Positions 52,724 through 62,597 of a DNA stretch of 64,000 bases are shown here, one piece after another (the stretch's first letter is position 1; each line of letters starts with the position of its first letter). The position numbers and the translations under genes are program-made. The stretch comes from Armatimonadota bacterium (GTDB taxonomy: Bacteria > Armatimonadota > Armatimonadia > Armatimonadales > Capsulimonadaceae). The DNA is taken from assembly GCA_019239955.1 (NCBI GenBank), contig JAFAZD010000348.1, positions 21,176 to 85,175 of the forward strand, written 5' to 3'. The notes under the pieces are model-generated. The model searched no databases and was not told where the DNA came from. It was given only the letters and a program-made list of their open reading frames with translations.

Positions 52724-52807
52724 GGAAGAACCGCCTCACAACGGTACTCCGACCGGGACATTCCGGGGCCTCCGTGATGATCCCGGCTGTATGCCGGTAT
52801 CTCCTCC

Positions 52808-53134
52808 TTACAGGGGCAGGAAGGTGACGGCGACGCCCTCGCTGACGGCGTACCAGAGGCAGGTATAGAGCAGGAACGGATCGTTGTCGAAGGTCTCCAG
52901 CCTCTGCGTGATCGTCACCTGGCGGTCGTGGCCCTTGTGGTCATGCTTGGCCCGCTGGATTGCCTCGATGAACTGCGGTGCCCGCTCGACGTGGGGCATG
53001 AATTGGGGCGCGATTTTCTGCATGGCTGTGGCGGTGAACGTGATCCAAGGCGGGTCATTGGGGGCCACCCTGTTTTTTCCAGCATACACGAACCCGGCGG
53101 CGTTGACAATCCCCCGTGACGCCCGGCTCGTCAC
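52808..53134 (-). CDS. Hypothetical protein.
   Basis: 108-aa ORF in moderately lower-G+C DNA with no recognisable family. The start is uncertain. Confidence 0.35.
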   Translation of the reverse strand: MTSRASRGIVNAAGFVYAGKNRVAPNDPPWITFTATAMQKIAPQFMPHVERAPQFIEAIQRAKHDHKGHDRQVTITQRLETFDNDPFLLYTCLWYAVSEGVAVTFLPL

Positions 53135-53332
53135 GGGCGAGGAGGCGTGCGTTCCGGGGGCGCCCGGTCGGCGGCTTGAGGACAGGCGGGAGTTTCAGTA
53201 CAATGGGGAAGCGGCGGCTTCCAGACACGGCCACGCCGTAATGCCCCCCTGCCCGGGAAGCTCTCATGCCCGTTCTTGCCGTGCGCCGCGCCAGGCGCAA
53301 GCAACCTGACCGAACCATCCAACCGAACCCCT

Positions 53333-53788
53333 ATGGCCCTGACGGACCACCCCACGGACCTGACCGGCCTCTGGCACGCCCTCTGGCAGACCACCGCCGA
53401 AGGCCGGCCCAACATCAACACGGAGGTGGTCCGCCTCCAGCAGCGCGGCCCGGAGCTGTGGCTGGAGAACACCGGCCGCAGCCCGGAGAACCCGATCGGG
53501 GGCTACCTGTGGCGGGGCGAGGGGGTACTATACAACGGGCAGTACCTGATCGGCTCCTATGCTGCCGCCGAGCAGAGCGTCATCGCCAAGGGGTCGCTGT
53601 ACTTCGTACTCAACCCGGGCGGTGATTACCTGGTCGGCAAGTGGGTCGGGTGCAACCTGGACTCCACCTTCACGTGGGGATTCGGCGTGTTCGCCAAGGA
53701 CAAGGAACGCGGCATGGCGAAATTGCGTCTGCTCCTGGGCCGCCAGGACGGGTCGGTGCCACCGGTTCTCGTGGAGAAAGCCCGGTGA
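53333..53788 (+). CDS. Hypothetical beta-rich protein.
   Basis: ATG 53333 within ORF 53276-53788. Plausible composition (LWHALWQTTAEGRPNINTEVV...YLVGKWVG). Confidence 0.45.
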   Translation: MALTDHPTDLTGLWHALWQTTAEGRPNINTEVVRLQQRGPELWLENTGRSPENPIGGYLWRGEGVLYNGQYLIGSYAAAEQSVIAKGSLYFVLNPGGDYLVGKWVGCNLDSTFTWGFGVFAKDKERGMAKLRLLLGRQDGSVPPVLVEKAR

Positions 53789-53802
53789 CGGGTGGAGGAG
53801 AT

Positions 53803-54204
53803 ATGGTCGGAGGAGAGATGATGACGGACGACGAGACGCCCGACGCGGCCCCAACGGCGGAAGCGCCGGCGGCGTGGGACTTCGTGCAGGTCCTGACGAC
53901 GGCGGAGAAGCGGGAAGACGCGCAGAGGATCGCGGCCGGGGTGGTGGAGCGGCGGCTGGCCGGGTGCGCCCAGGTCCTTGGCCCGATCACCAGCACCTAC
54001 TGGTGGCAGGGCCGAGTGGAGATGGCCGAGGAGTGGCTGTGCTTGATCAAGACGCGCCGGTCGCTGTACGCGCCGCTGGAGGCGGCGATCCGGTCCCTGC
54101 ACCCCTACGAGGTGCCGGAGATCCTGGCCGTCCCGGTGCTGAAAGGCCACGCCCCGTACCTGGCCTGGCTTGATTCTGTCCTAAAACCGAACAGCGGAAG
54201 TTGA
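53803..54204 (+). CDS. cutA: CutA divalent-cation tolerance protein.
   Basis: RLAGCAQVLGPITSTYWWQGRVEMAEEWLCLIKT...LHPYEVPEILAVPV. GGTGGAGGAG Shine-Dalgarno before ATG 53803. Confidence 0.85.
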   Translation: MVGGEMMTDDETPDAAPTAEAPAAWDFVQVLTTAEKREDAQRIAAGVVERRLAGCAQVLGPITSTYWWQGRVEMAEEWLCLIKTRRSLYAPLEAAIRSLHPYEVPEILAVPVLKGHAPYLAWLDSVLKPNSGS

Positions 54205-54465
54205 ACGAGCCGGCATCCGTGGACGGGTCCTTCGCCCCGCGAGTGCCGCCTCCGGGAAGCCGCGGGCCGGTCCATGGTCTCCTCGCCTGCCATCCTCTCT
54301 TGCACGCGGCGGGAACTCCTGTCATCGTGGAATAAGAGAATAAGATGTCGGCCCATCATTTCGGGCGCGACGTCGGCCTCGGCAGGCCGTTCCCGCGCCT
54401 GGAGTCGGCGCGCCTTGACGCCGGCCGAGCTTCCGAGGCAGAGACCGTCCACGAAATCACCCGCC

Positions 54466-54705
54466 ATGCCCTCCCACGATCGAGACGACCGGTCCTGGAC
54501 CGCCGACGATGTCGAGCGCGTCCTGATCAACCCGGCCTACGCCATCACCCTGGCCCCCGGCCTCTTCGGCGAGCACGAGCCGCTGGTCGGCCGGGACGAG
54601 TGGGTCCGGGCCAACGTGCGGCTAATCCAAATACTGGGGGTTGAGCCGTGGCTGCGCCAGCTCCTGAGCGTTCTCGAAGGCAACTACCCCGTCTCGGGCG
54701 AGTAG
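54466..54705 (+). CDS. Small hypothetical protein.
   Basis: SWTADDVERVLINPAYAITLAPGLFGEHEPLVGRDEWVRANVRLIQILG looks protein-like. No clear SD, and the start is uncertain. Confidence 0.3.
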   Translation: MPSHDRDDRSWTADDVERVLINPAYAITLAPGLFGEHEPLVGRDEWVRANVRLIQILGVEPWLRQLLSVLEGNYPVSGE

Positions 54706-55381
54706 CCCGCTCCCACGAACTGGGCTGACCGCCGTCAGTGTTCTTCATCTTCCGTGTTCCTCGTTTCCAGGGCATATTAGCTCAGGACATTCCGCCGGGC
54801 CAGCCCCGGCGTCCGTCTCTGCCACCGGCCCTGGCGGGAGGTCTCGCCGGGCGGGACGGCCTCGAGGATCAAGAGGCAACGGGAGCAGGCGCGCCCGCAC
54901 CGGTGCCAGCCTGCCTTCAGGAAGCAGTAGCCGGGATAGGGGGAGGCGACCTTGGCCGGGTTCACATAGGTGTGCCGCTCCCCCGGCCAGCGCCGTCAGC
55001 AATCTGCATGGCCTCATGTGTCAAAGGCTGGGGTGAGATGGCAACGGCTCTGGGGCAGGGCAACAGTGGCCACCGGGAAAAAGCGGTCGACGGAACCGCG
55101 TCCACGGGACGAGCCGTCTCCCTGACCACCCTATCGACCGGGCTATCTGCGGGGCCATCCGCGCGTAAGGCTGGCAGTTCTTAGGTGCCGCCCTCGTGCC
55201 TCCCCCGGGCGGCCGGAATGGGAATGCGGAAACCTCAAAGCCTCATCCCCATTGCTGACGGGCAACGCCCCTCCCCGCCGCCCGCCGGGGCTGCTACGCT
55301 CTCCTCGGGAGCCGCCGCGCAGGGGCGCTCACCCTCCCCTTTCGCCCCGGCGCGGCCAATCCTGCTCCCCCGGAGGACTCC

Positions 55382-55972
55382 ATGATCGATGACACCCTGA
55401 CGACTGACGCTTTGGGGGCGGAAGCCCCTTCCTCTGGGCCGGCCGCCGGCCTGACGGCTCCGGGCGGCGGTACCCACTCCCCCGAACCCGCCGTCCCTCC
55501 CGCCCTGTGGGTCGGCTTCCTGGAACTGGAGGCCTGGCTCGCGGCAGTGGACCCCGCCCGCCCCGTGCTGCTGCTGCCGGTGGCCCATGCCCTCGGCGCC
55601 GACGGCCCCTTCCGCACGGAGCAGCTGCTGGTCGCGTGCCAGCAGGTGACGCCCGAGGGGCACGTGCTCTACTGCCGGCTACGGGCGGCCACGCTGACCC
55701 GCGTGTGCGGGGAGGTGGTGGACGCGGACTGGCGGCAGAAGGAGATGGCCTGGGAGAGCCTGTGGGAGTGCGTGCAGGAGACGCTGGAGGAACGTGGCCT
55801 GATGGTGCTTTCGGCGACGGCGGCCTGCCCGGCGGGCCTGCCGCTGCTCTGGGGGCACGCGGGCGGCATCGCCTACGACGAGGCGCACCGCTGCTTCCGC
55901 CGGCTGACGGCGGCCCCAGACGGGGCCGCGGCCCCTGCCGCCCCGCCCCTCCAGGGATGCGGCGCGGCGTGA
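55382..55972 (+). CDS. Hypothetical protein.
   Basis: 196-aa ORF with coherent G/C at third codon positions. No family recognised. Confidence 0.45.
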   Translation: MIDDTLTTDALGAEAPSSGPAAGLTAPGGGTHSPEPAVPPALWVGFLELEAWLAAVDPARPVLLLPVAHALGADGPFRTEQLLVACQQVTPEGHVLYCRLRAATLTRVCGEVVDADWRQKEMAWESLWECVQETLEERGLMVLSATAACPAGLPLLWGHAGGIAYDEAHRCFRRLTAAPDGAAAPAAPPLQGCGAA

Positions 55973-56328
55973 GGTGCCGTCCGCACCCGCCTTCCGGGGC
56001 GCACCCGCCTTTCGCCGGGACCGATTCCCGCCCGCGCCACCCCGGCGCGGGCCTTTCTTTGTCACTTCCCTGCGGCGCTGTTCCCCGGTTCGGGCCGGCG
56101 GGCGGCCGGGCGGTCCTCCCCGACAGCAGAGGCACCCGTGGACGGTGATCCGGCACGCGCGGCGGGGCGCGTACCTGGACGCGCGGGAGCGGGCGTGGGT
56201 GGGGCGCGACATCGCCCAGTTGGCGCGGTTCGACTGCGGGGAGATGGGCGCGGAGGCCGCGCCCGCCGCCTGACCGGCGCGGGCGCGCGGGGGTGGAGCA
56301 GGCATGATGCAGGTATAATGGCGGTCGG

Positions 56329-56523
56329 ATGACCGTCGTCGATCTGGTGGCCAAACTGCGGGCGGGCCAGCATCGGGCGGATGCGATCGCGCGCATCGTC
56401 GGGTACATCGTGATGATCCAGCGGCTGGGGTGGGACGACCTGCCCCTCAACCGGGTCTCCAAGTACAACCTGGAGAAGACGTTCCGGCTGCTGGAGATCG
56501 ACCCGCACCAGGTCGAGCTGTAG
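56329..56523 (+). CDS. Small hypothetical protein, possibly leaderless.
   Basis: 64 aa. TATAAT at 56313-56318, about 10 nt before the ATG. No SD. Confidence 0.3.
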   Translation: MTVVDLVAKLRAGQHRADAIARIVGYIVMIQRLGWDDLPLNRVSKYNLEKTFRLLEIDPHQVEL

Positions 56524-56677
56524 CGGCGTCGGGCCGGAGCGGGGCTGATACCCCTTTTTTGCGAACGCATCGGCTCCCACGGGCGGAGGCCTCGTGTTCA
56601 AACATAAATACATTTGAACAATTTCCAGGTACAATCTCTCCATCACTTCCGGCGAACGCCGGGGCCGAGGGGCTGCG

Positions 56678-57340
56678 ATGGAGACACTCTGGGAGGGCAC
56701 GGACGGCCTGCCGGTCGCCCGTGCGGCGTCGCCCGCGGAACGGGCGGCGCTGGTACGACTGTTCGGGCGCGTCGCCGAGGAGCAGGGCTGGCGGCCGGGG
56801 GACGCCCTGGAGCGCTACCGCGCCCGGTCGGTCTATTTCGCGGCCCGGGCCGGCGGTGAGTTGGCCGGCGGGCTACAGCTGGTGCCGGCGGACGGCTCGG
56901 AGGGCGCGCCGCACCGGGCGGTCTGGCCGGAGGTGGACGTGCCGGGCGGGCCGGGAGAGGTCGCGCACGTGCTGATCCTGGCGCTGGTGCCGGAGCACCG
57001 GGGCAAGGCCGGGCTGCTGTGGCCGCTGTGCGTGGCCCTGTGGCGCTTCTGCGTCCGGGAGGGCGTCCGGACGCTGCTCCTGGAGGCCACCCCCACGACC
57101 CTGGCCGTGTACCGGCGGCTGGGCTTCCCGCTGCACGTCATCGGCGGACTGCGCGAACACTGGGGCGAGGACTGCTACCTCTGCGAGACGGGGGTGGGGG
57201 AGGTGGCAGACGCCCTGGCGCAGAAGGCGGTGTGCTCCCCCGCCTACCGCCGGATCGTGGAGGCCGCCCACCGCGGCTGCGCCATCGAGCGGCATCCCGC
57301 GCCGGCACCAGTCCCCCTTGCGCCGGGGCCGGCGGCGTGA
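56678..57340 (+). CDS. GNAT-fold N-acyltransferase (N-acyl amino acid / autoinducer-synthase-like).
   Basis: VLILALVPEHRGKAGLLWPLCVALWRFCVREGVRTLLLEATPTTLAVYRRLGF. Confidence 0.65.
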   Translation: METLWEGTDGLPVARAASPAERAALVRLFGRVAEEQGWRPGDALERYRARSVYFAARAGGELAGGLQLVPADGSEGAPHRAVWPEVDVPGGPGEVAHVLILALVPEHRGKAGLLWPLCVALWRFCVREGVRTLLLEATPTTLAVYRRLGFPLHVIGGLREHWGEDCYLCETGVGEVADALAQKAVCSPAYRRIVEAAHRGCAIERHPAPAPVPLAPGPAA

Positions 57341-57341
57341 C

Positions 57342-58313
57342 ATGATGGCGGGGAACGCCCAATACAAAGCCTTCCCCACAAAGCCTTCCCCGCCCATGAC
57401 GCTGCTGACCGCCTCGCTGTACCTGCTGTGCCTGGCCTTCCTGCTCGGCTCCGCCCTGTTCGTGCTGTCCCGGGACCCGCGCTCGCGCCTCAACCGCCTC
57501 TACGCCCTGCTGGCGCTCTCCCTGCTGGGCTGGGCCGCCACCCTGCTCGCCTTCGCCGGCCAGGCCGCCCCCGCCCCGCTGCTGCTCCTCGGCCGGCTCA
57601 ACTTCGCCGCCGTCCCCGTCGCCGCCACCGCCGCCCTGCTGTTCGTGCGCGAGCTGGCGGGCCGGCCCCTGCGGAGCCAGGGCTGGCTCTGGGCGGAGAC
57701 GCTGGCCCTGGCGCTCGCGTCCCTGCTGACGGGCGGGGTGGACCGGGCCGAGCGGGTTGTGCAAGGACAGCACTTGACCGCCTACGGGCCGCTGTTCCCT
57801 CTGTACCTGGCGCACGTCGTCCTGCTGCTCACACTGGCCGTCCTGACGGCTCTGCGGCCGCCCCCAACTGCCTTGCCCCAGGCGCGTCGGTCGCTGCGGC
57901 TGGTGGGGTGGGGGATGCTGGCGGCGGCCCTGGTCGGTCTGGTGACGAACGCCCTGCTTCCCTACTCTTTCGGGGACTTCCGCTGGATCAACGCGGGGCC
58001 GCTGGCGACGCTGCTGTTCCTGGGGAGCGTGGGCTACGCCGTGTTCGCCTACCACCTGTTCTCGCTCCGGATCATCGTCCGCAGGGCGCTGGTGCTGGCG
58101 GGGCTGGTGACGCTGGCGCTGGAGCTGTACCAGCTGGCCGTCACGTTCCTGTCCCACCTGCTGCCGTTCGGGGACAAGGAGGCGCGAGGGTACGCGGCGG
58201 CGACGGTGGCGCTGGCGGTGAACGCCTTCACCCAGCAGCCGGTGCGGCAGTGGCTGGAAAGACTGCTGGACCGGGCCCTCGGCGCGCCGCACGGCCAGCG
58301 CCGCGACCGTTAA
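57342..58313 (+). CDS. 7TM sensor-type membrane protein without an output domain.
   Basis: Seven hydrophobic segments, then the typical post-TM helix IIVRRALVLAGLVTL...QQPVRQWLERLLDRALG. The ORF stops there. Confidence 0.65.
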   Translation: MMAGNAQYKAFPTKPSPPMTLLTASLYLLCLAFLLGSALFVLSRDPRSRLNRLYALLALSLLGWAATLLAFAGQAAPAPLLLLGRLNFAAVPVAATAALLFVRELAGRPLRSQGWLWAETLALALASLLTGGVDRAERVVQGQHLTAYGPLFPLYLAHVVLLLTLAVLTALRPPPTALPQARRSLRLVGWGMLAAALVGLVTNALLPYSFGDFRWINAGPLATLLFLGSVGYAVFAYHLFSLRIIVRRALVLAGLVTLALELYQLAVTFLSHLLPFGDKEARGYAAATVALAVNAFTQQPVRQWLERLLDRALGAPHGQRRDR

Positions 58314-58452
58314 TCGCCGCCGGGCCGAGGGACTCCCCGTCCGGGCGGTCGCCGCCGGCACCCCGCGACGCCTCACGCCGGGCTTCGTCCGCCGGGAGAG
58401 GCCATCACCGTGAAGGACCGTTCCAGGGTAGGATGGGGTATGATAACGAGGT

Positions 58453-59502
58453 ATGCCCGCCCGCCGCCCGCGACAGCAGGACGACGCCCTCCGGCGCGCC
58501 GCCCGCCTCTTCCGGATCGTCACCCTCGTCTTCAGCCGCCCGCCCGGGGATCCCCTCGGCCGCGACGAACTGTCCCTCGAGTGCGGCTGCGACCCCCGCA
58601 CGGTCCAGCGCGACCTGGACCTGCTGCGCGAGGCCGGCGTCCCCCTGGAGTACGACCGCGCCGCCCGCGCCTACGCCCTCCCGGAGAAGGGGTGGGTCCT
58701 CCCTATCGACCCGCTCACGCCCCAGGACGCGCTGGCGCTCGCCCTCATCCGCGGCCTGCTGGCCGGCCCCGGCGTGCCCCAGCGCGAGGCCCTGCTCGCC
58801 GTGCTGGACAAGGCCACCGCCGGCCTGCCGCCCGCCCTGCGGGCGCTCCTCCAGGACGCCTCCGCCGCCGTCCGCCCCGCCGGCGCCGCCCGCGACTACT
58901 CCCACGCCCCCCTCGACGCGCTGGTCCAGGCCGCCGCCGCCCGCCAGTCCGTGGAGATCGATTACGAGAGCGCCACCAGCGGCCGGTCCTGGCGCCGGGT
59001 GGACCCCTACGCCGTGGAGCCGCGCGACGGCCAGTTCTGGGAGCTGCACGCTTGGGACCCCAAGCACGGCCAAGTGCGCACCTTCGCGCTGGACCGGATC
59101 GTGGGGATGCGCGGGTTGGGAGAGGCGTTCACGCTGCGCGAGGCCGAGTGGGCGGCCTTCGCCGGGGCCATCGGCGTGATCGGGGGCCTGCGCGGCGGCA
59201 CGGAGGAGGCGGTGGACGTCCTCTTCGCCCCGCCGGTCGCCCCCTACGCCCTCGCCAGGCGCTGGCCGGCGGGCCTGACTGCCACGCCGCAGCCGGACGG
59301 CGCGGCCCGCCTGACGGGCACGGTGGCCGGCCTAGACGGCATCACGGCCGAACTCTTGCGCTGGCGCCGCCACGCCCAAGCCCTTGGCGGCCCCGCCCTG
59401 CGCGCCCGGATGCGCGCGGAGCTGGCGGCCATGGCCGCCCTTTACGACGGCCCGCCCCCTGAAAACGATCCGCAAAAAAATTCGCCGCCAGACCCGAAGT
59501 GA
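58453..59502 (+). CDS. HTH + WYL-domain transcriptional regulator adjacent to cas3.
   Basis: N-terminal RLFRIVTLV...LSLECGCDPRTVQRDLDLLREAG. WYL region WRRVDPYAVEPRDGQFWELHAWDPKHGQVRTFALDRI. Confidence 0.8.
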   Translation: MPARRPRQQDDALRRAARLFRIVTLVFSRPPGDPLGRDELSLECGCDPRTVQRDLDLLREAGVPLEYDRAARAYALPEKGWVLPIDPLTPQDALALALIRGLLAGPGVPQREALLAVLDKATAGLPPALRALLQDASAAVRPAGAARDYSHAPLDALVQAAAARQSVEIDYESATSGRSWRRVDPYAVEPRDGQFWELHAWDPKHGQVRTFALDRIVGMRGLGEAFTLREAEWAAFAGAIGVIGGLRGGTEEAVDVLFAPPVAPYALARRWPAGLTATPQPDGAARLTGTVAGLDGITAELLRWRRHAQALGGPALRARMRAELAAMAALYDGPPPENDPQKNSPPDPK

Positions 59503-59654
59503 CAACACGCTGTCACCGCCGTTTGGACTCCCTCCGGTCATCATAGGAGCAATCATGCACTCGTCATGCAAGGTGCCGGCAGGAATTCCTCTGCCCCCGT
59601 GCCGAACAAGCGTAGTGCTGTTGGCGGGCGAACATTTCCACTGAGGACCTACGC

Positions 59655-62363
59655 ATGCTCCACACCCAGCTCTGGGCCAAGTCCGATCCTTACCACCCCC
59701 TGTGGTGTCACCTGCTGGACGTCGCCGCCGTCTGCGAGGCCCTGCTGCCCCGCTTCGGCGGCGTCGAAGGCCTCCCCACGCCGTGGCTGCTCTACCTGGT
59801 CGCCCTGCACGACATCGGCAAGGCCGACGCCGAGTTCCAGAACAAGGATCCGCAACAGGCGCAGCGCCTCGCCGCCCTTGGGCTGACCCTGCCGGCGGAA
59901 GTCACCAAATTCCGGCATGAGGCTCGCTCCGCCGACTGGCTGTCGGCCAAGTTAAAGACTCTGGGGTGGGGAAAGCAACCGGCTCAGGCGATCGCCGGCG
60001 CGATCCGGGGACACCACGGCGACTTTGGTGCCCAGGCGTACCGGGAGCAGGACCCCACCTTGGCCGCCCGCGTCGCCCTCTGGGCGCCTCTGCGCGAGGC
60101 CCTGGCCGCCCTGGTGCGTGACACCCTGGGTGCCGAGGCGTTCGCACTGACGCGCTGTCGGGACGCGAGCGCCGCCGGCATGAAGCTCTCGGGACTGATC
60201 GTGCTGGCCGACTGGATCGCCTCCAACCACGAGCAGTACCCCTACCACGACAACACACGGCTCGACGACAGCCTCTCGCCTCGGCAATACTGGCGGGCCG
60301 CCCAGAGGGAGGCCAAGATCGCGGTCGCGCGCCTGGAACTGACCGCCCCGCCCGCCGCCGGCCCGGAGCCGCCGGCGTTCAACGACATCTGGCCCGGCTT
60401 CACGGTCCGCGCCGTGCAGCGTGCCGTCGAGGAGGCCGCCCTGTCCGGCGTCGGCCCCGGCCTGGCCATCATTGAGGCGCCTATGGGCGAGGGCAAGACT
60501 GAGGCTGCGGTTTACCTGGCCGAGTACTGGAATCGTCGCACGGGCCGCGCCGGCCTCTACTTCGCCCTTCCCACGCAGGCCACCAGCAACCAAATGCACA
60601 AACGCTATTGGGACTACTTGCAGCGCACCTCCCCGACGGAGGCACCCCGCCTGGTCCACGGCATGTCCTGGCTGCTGGACGAGATCCCGCCGGCCGAGAC
60701 CGCCCGCACCTATGGGGATCAGGCCGGCGGCGAGGACAACGAGCCGCTGTCCCGCGAGTGGTTCCGCAATGCGAAACGGGCGCTCCTGGCCCCCCACGGC
60801 GTCGGCACGGTGGACCAGGCGCTGATGGCCGCGCTGAACGTCAAGCACGGATTCCTGCGCTTCCTGGGACTGAACGCCAAGACCCTGATCGTGGACGAGG
60901 TCCACGCCTACGACGCCTACATGACGACACTGCTCTGCCGCCTCCTGGTCTGGTGCCGTGCCCTCGAGATCCCCGTGATCCTCCTGTCCGCCACCCTGTC
61001 ATGGGGCCAGAAGCAGCAACTGTGCCGCGCCTATGCTGGCCGCGACGTCCTGCCGACGCCGTCGGCCCAGGACGAGCCGTACCCCCTGCTCACCTTCGTC
61101 CCCCTTGACGCGGGGCCGGACGCGCCCGCCCAGACGATCTCCGTCACGCCAGACCCGTCCCGTGATCGGACGGTCGCCCTAGAGGTGCATCCGGGCGCCC
61201 TGGAAGACCCGCTCCTGACCGCGGCGCTGGCCGCCGCCCAAGTCCAGGACGGCGGCTGTGTCTGCGTCGTCGTCAACACCGTGGTCGCGGCGCAGGAGAC
61301 CTTCCGCGCCCTGAAAGACAGGCAGCGGCAGAACGGCCTGCCCCCGGACACGCGCCTCATGCTCTTTCACGCCCGCTTCCGCGCCGAGACACGGGAAGAG
61401 ATCGAAAAAGAGGTCCTGCGCCGCTTCGGCAAGGACGCCGGGGCCAACCGGCCACGTCGGGCCATCCTAGTCGCCACCTCGGTGGTGGAGCAGAGCCTCG
61501 ACATTGACTTTGACGTGATGCTGTCGCAGCTCGCGCCCGTGGACCTGCTGCTTCAGCGCAGCGGCCGCGTCTGGCGGCACGCGCATCATCCTCGCCACGG
61601 CCGCCCCGGACCGGCCCTGCACCTGCTCCTGCCCACCGCCGGCCGTTTCCACTTCGGCGGGACTGGCCTGGTCTATCAGCCGGAGCTGTTGCTGCGCACG
61701 CTGGACCTACTCTGGGGGCGTCCCGCCTTCCAACTGCCGGCGGACATCCGCCCACTGATCGAGGCCTGTTACGGCGCCACGGAGCCGCCCGCGACCGTGC
61801 CCCCGGAGGTCTTCGCCAAAGCCGTCCGGAAACGCATCGCGGACCAACAGAAAGCCGAAGACGAGGCAAAGAAGCACCTGATCCCCGACCCCGACCCGGC
61901 CGTCTTCCAACTGGCCCAGACCAAGGAGATCGTCGCAGAGGCGGAGGAGGGGCAGAAGGCGGACTTCTTCCACGCCCAGACACGCCTCGGCGACCAGACC
62001 GTCTCCTCCCTAGTGCTGCACGATCCCGAACTGCTCGCCCTGGTGCGCCGCGGCATCGCTCACCCGAAGGCACCCCCGCCGCCGCAGGAAAAGCTCCGCG
62101 CCCTCTTCTGGCAGAAGGCCAACCTGCCGGCGCGGTGGCTCGCCGAGGCCACGGCCGCGCCAGGGTTTGAGATCATCACCGATGGCCCCAGGTGGCTCCG
62201 GCACCACGTCGTTCTCGGCTTCCGGGACGGCGTGTGGCAGGGAGAACACACGCCGAGCAATGACCAGCGCGCCCCCATCACCATTGAGGACCACCCCGCA
62301 GAAGGCCTGCGGCGACGGGAGCTACCCGCCGCCTCTGGAGAACAACCCGATGCCGACGCCTAA
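59655..62363 (+). CDS. cas3: Cas3 HD nuclease / DEAH helicase (type I).
   Basis: LWAKSDPYHPLWCHLLDVA...ALHDIGKADAEFQ (HD domain), APMGEGKTEAA (Walker A), LIVDEVHAYD (DEAH box). Confidence 0.95.
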   Translation: MLHTQLWAKSDPYHPLWCHLLDVAAVCEALLPRFGGVEGLPTPWLLYLVALHDIGKADAEFQNKDPQQAQRLAALGLTLPAEVTKFRHEARSADWLSAKLKTLGWGKQPAQAIAGAIRGHHGDFGAQAYREQDPTLAARVALWAPLREALAALVRDTLGAEAFALTRCRDASAAGMKLSGLIVLADWIASNHEQYPYHDNTRLDDSLSPRQYWRAAQREAKIAVARLELTAPPAAGPEPPAFNDIWPGFTVRAVQRAVEEAALSGVGPGLAIIEAPMGEGKTEAAVYLAEYWNRRTGRAGLYFALPTQATSNQMHKRYWDYLQRTSPTEAPRLVHGMSWLLDEIPPAETARTYGDQAGGEDNEPLSREWFRNAKRALLAPHGVGTVDQALMAALNVKHGFLRFLGLNAKTLIVDEVHAYDAYMTTLLCRLLVWCRALEIPVILLSATLSWGQKQQLCRAYAGRDVLPTPSAQDEPYPLLTFVPLDAGPDAPAQTISVTPDPSRDRTVALEVHPGALEDPLLTAALAAAQVQDGGCVCVVVNTVVAAQETFRALKDRQRQNGLPPDTRLMLFHARFRAETREEIEKEVLRRFGKDAGANRPRRAILVATSVVEQSLDIDFDVMLSQLAPVDLLLQRSGRVWRHAHHPRHGRPGPALHLLLPTAGRFHFGGTGLVYQPELLLRTLDLLWGRPAFQLPADIRPLIEACYGATEPPATVPPEVFAKAVRKRIADQQKAEDEAKKHLIPDPDPAVFQLAQTKEIVAEAEEGQKADFFHAQTRLGDQTVSSLVLHDPELLALVRRGIAHPKAPPPPQEKLRALFWQKANLPARWLAEATAAPGFEIITDGPRWLRHHVVLGFRDGVWQGEHTPSNDQRAPITIEDHPAEGLRRRELPAASGEQPDADA

Positions 62364-62597
62364 TCGGGAGTGTTCATCCCCACTCAGTGTGAGGCAATTG
62401 CTGACTCCATTCGCCTTGTCAGCTACGAACCCGGTTCATCTCCACGCCGTGGAGCATTTTCAGTGTACCTGGGTTCGTCCTACTTCATGTCACAATAAAA
62501 CGATGGAAAACTATGCTGCGTTCTCCCTCACTTCGTGGTATGATAGCACAGGAACTTACGAAGTGTTCGTAGCTAAAGCATACACGAGGAGAAAAAA

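Larger units (their letters stand above)
40050..52750. mobile_element. Integrated plasmid-like element (replication, partition, methylase, nuclease and serine recombinase genes). The boundaries are approximate.
   Basis: Contiguous Rep-like, ParB, ParA, methyltransferase, wHTH, Mrr-like and large serine recombinase genes, with 4-nt overlapping gene junctions. The att sites were not identified. Confidence 0.45.

Noticed and set aside
54777-54965. Minus-strand fragment ...HTYVNPAKVASPYPGYCFLKAGWHRCG..., resembling the C-terminus of a small phage/plasmid-borne protein family.
   Set aside because: Only ~55 residues are left, preceded by an in-frame stop and with no start or SD. It is treated as a gene scrap, useful only as a hint of past mobile DNA.
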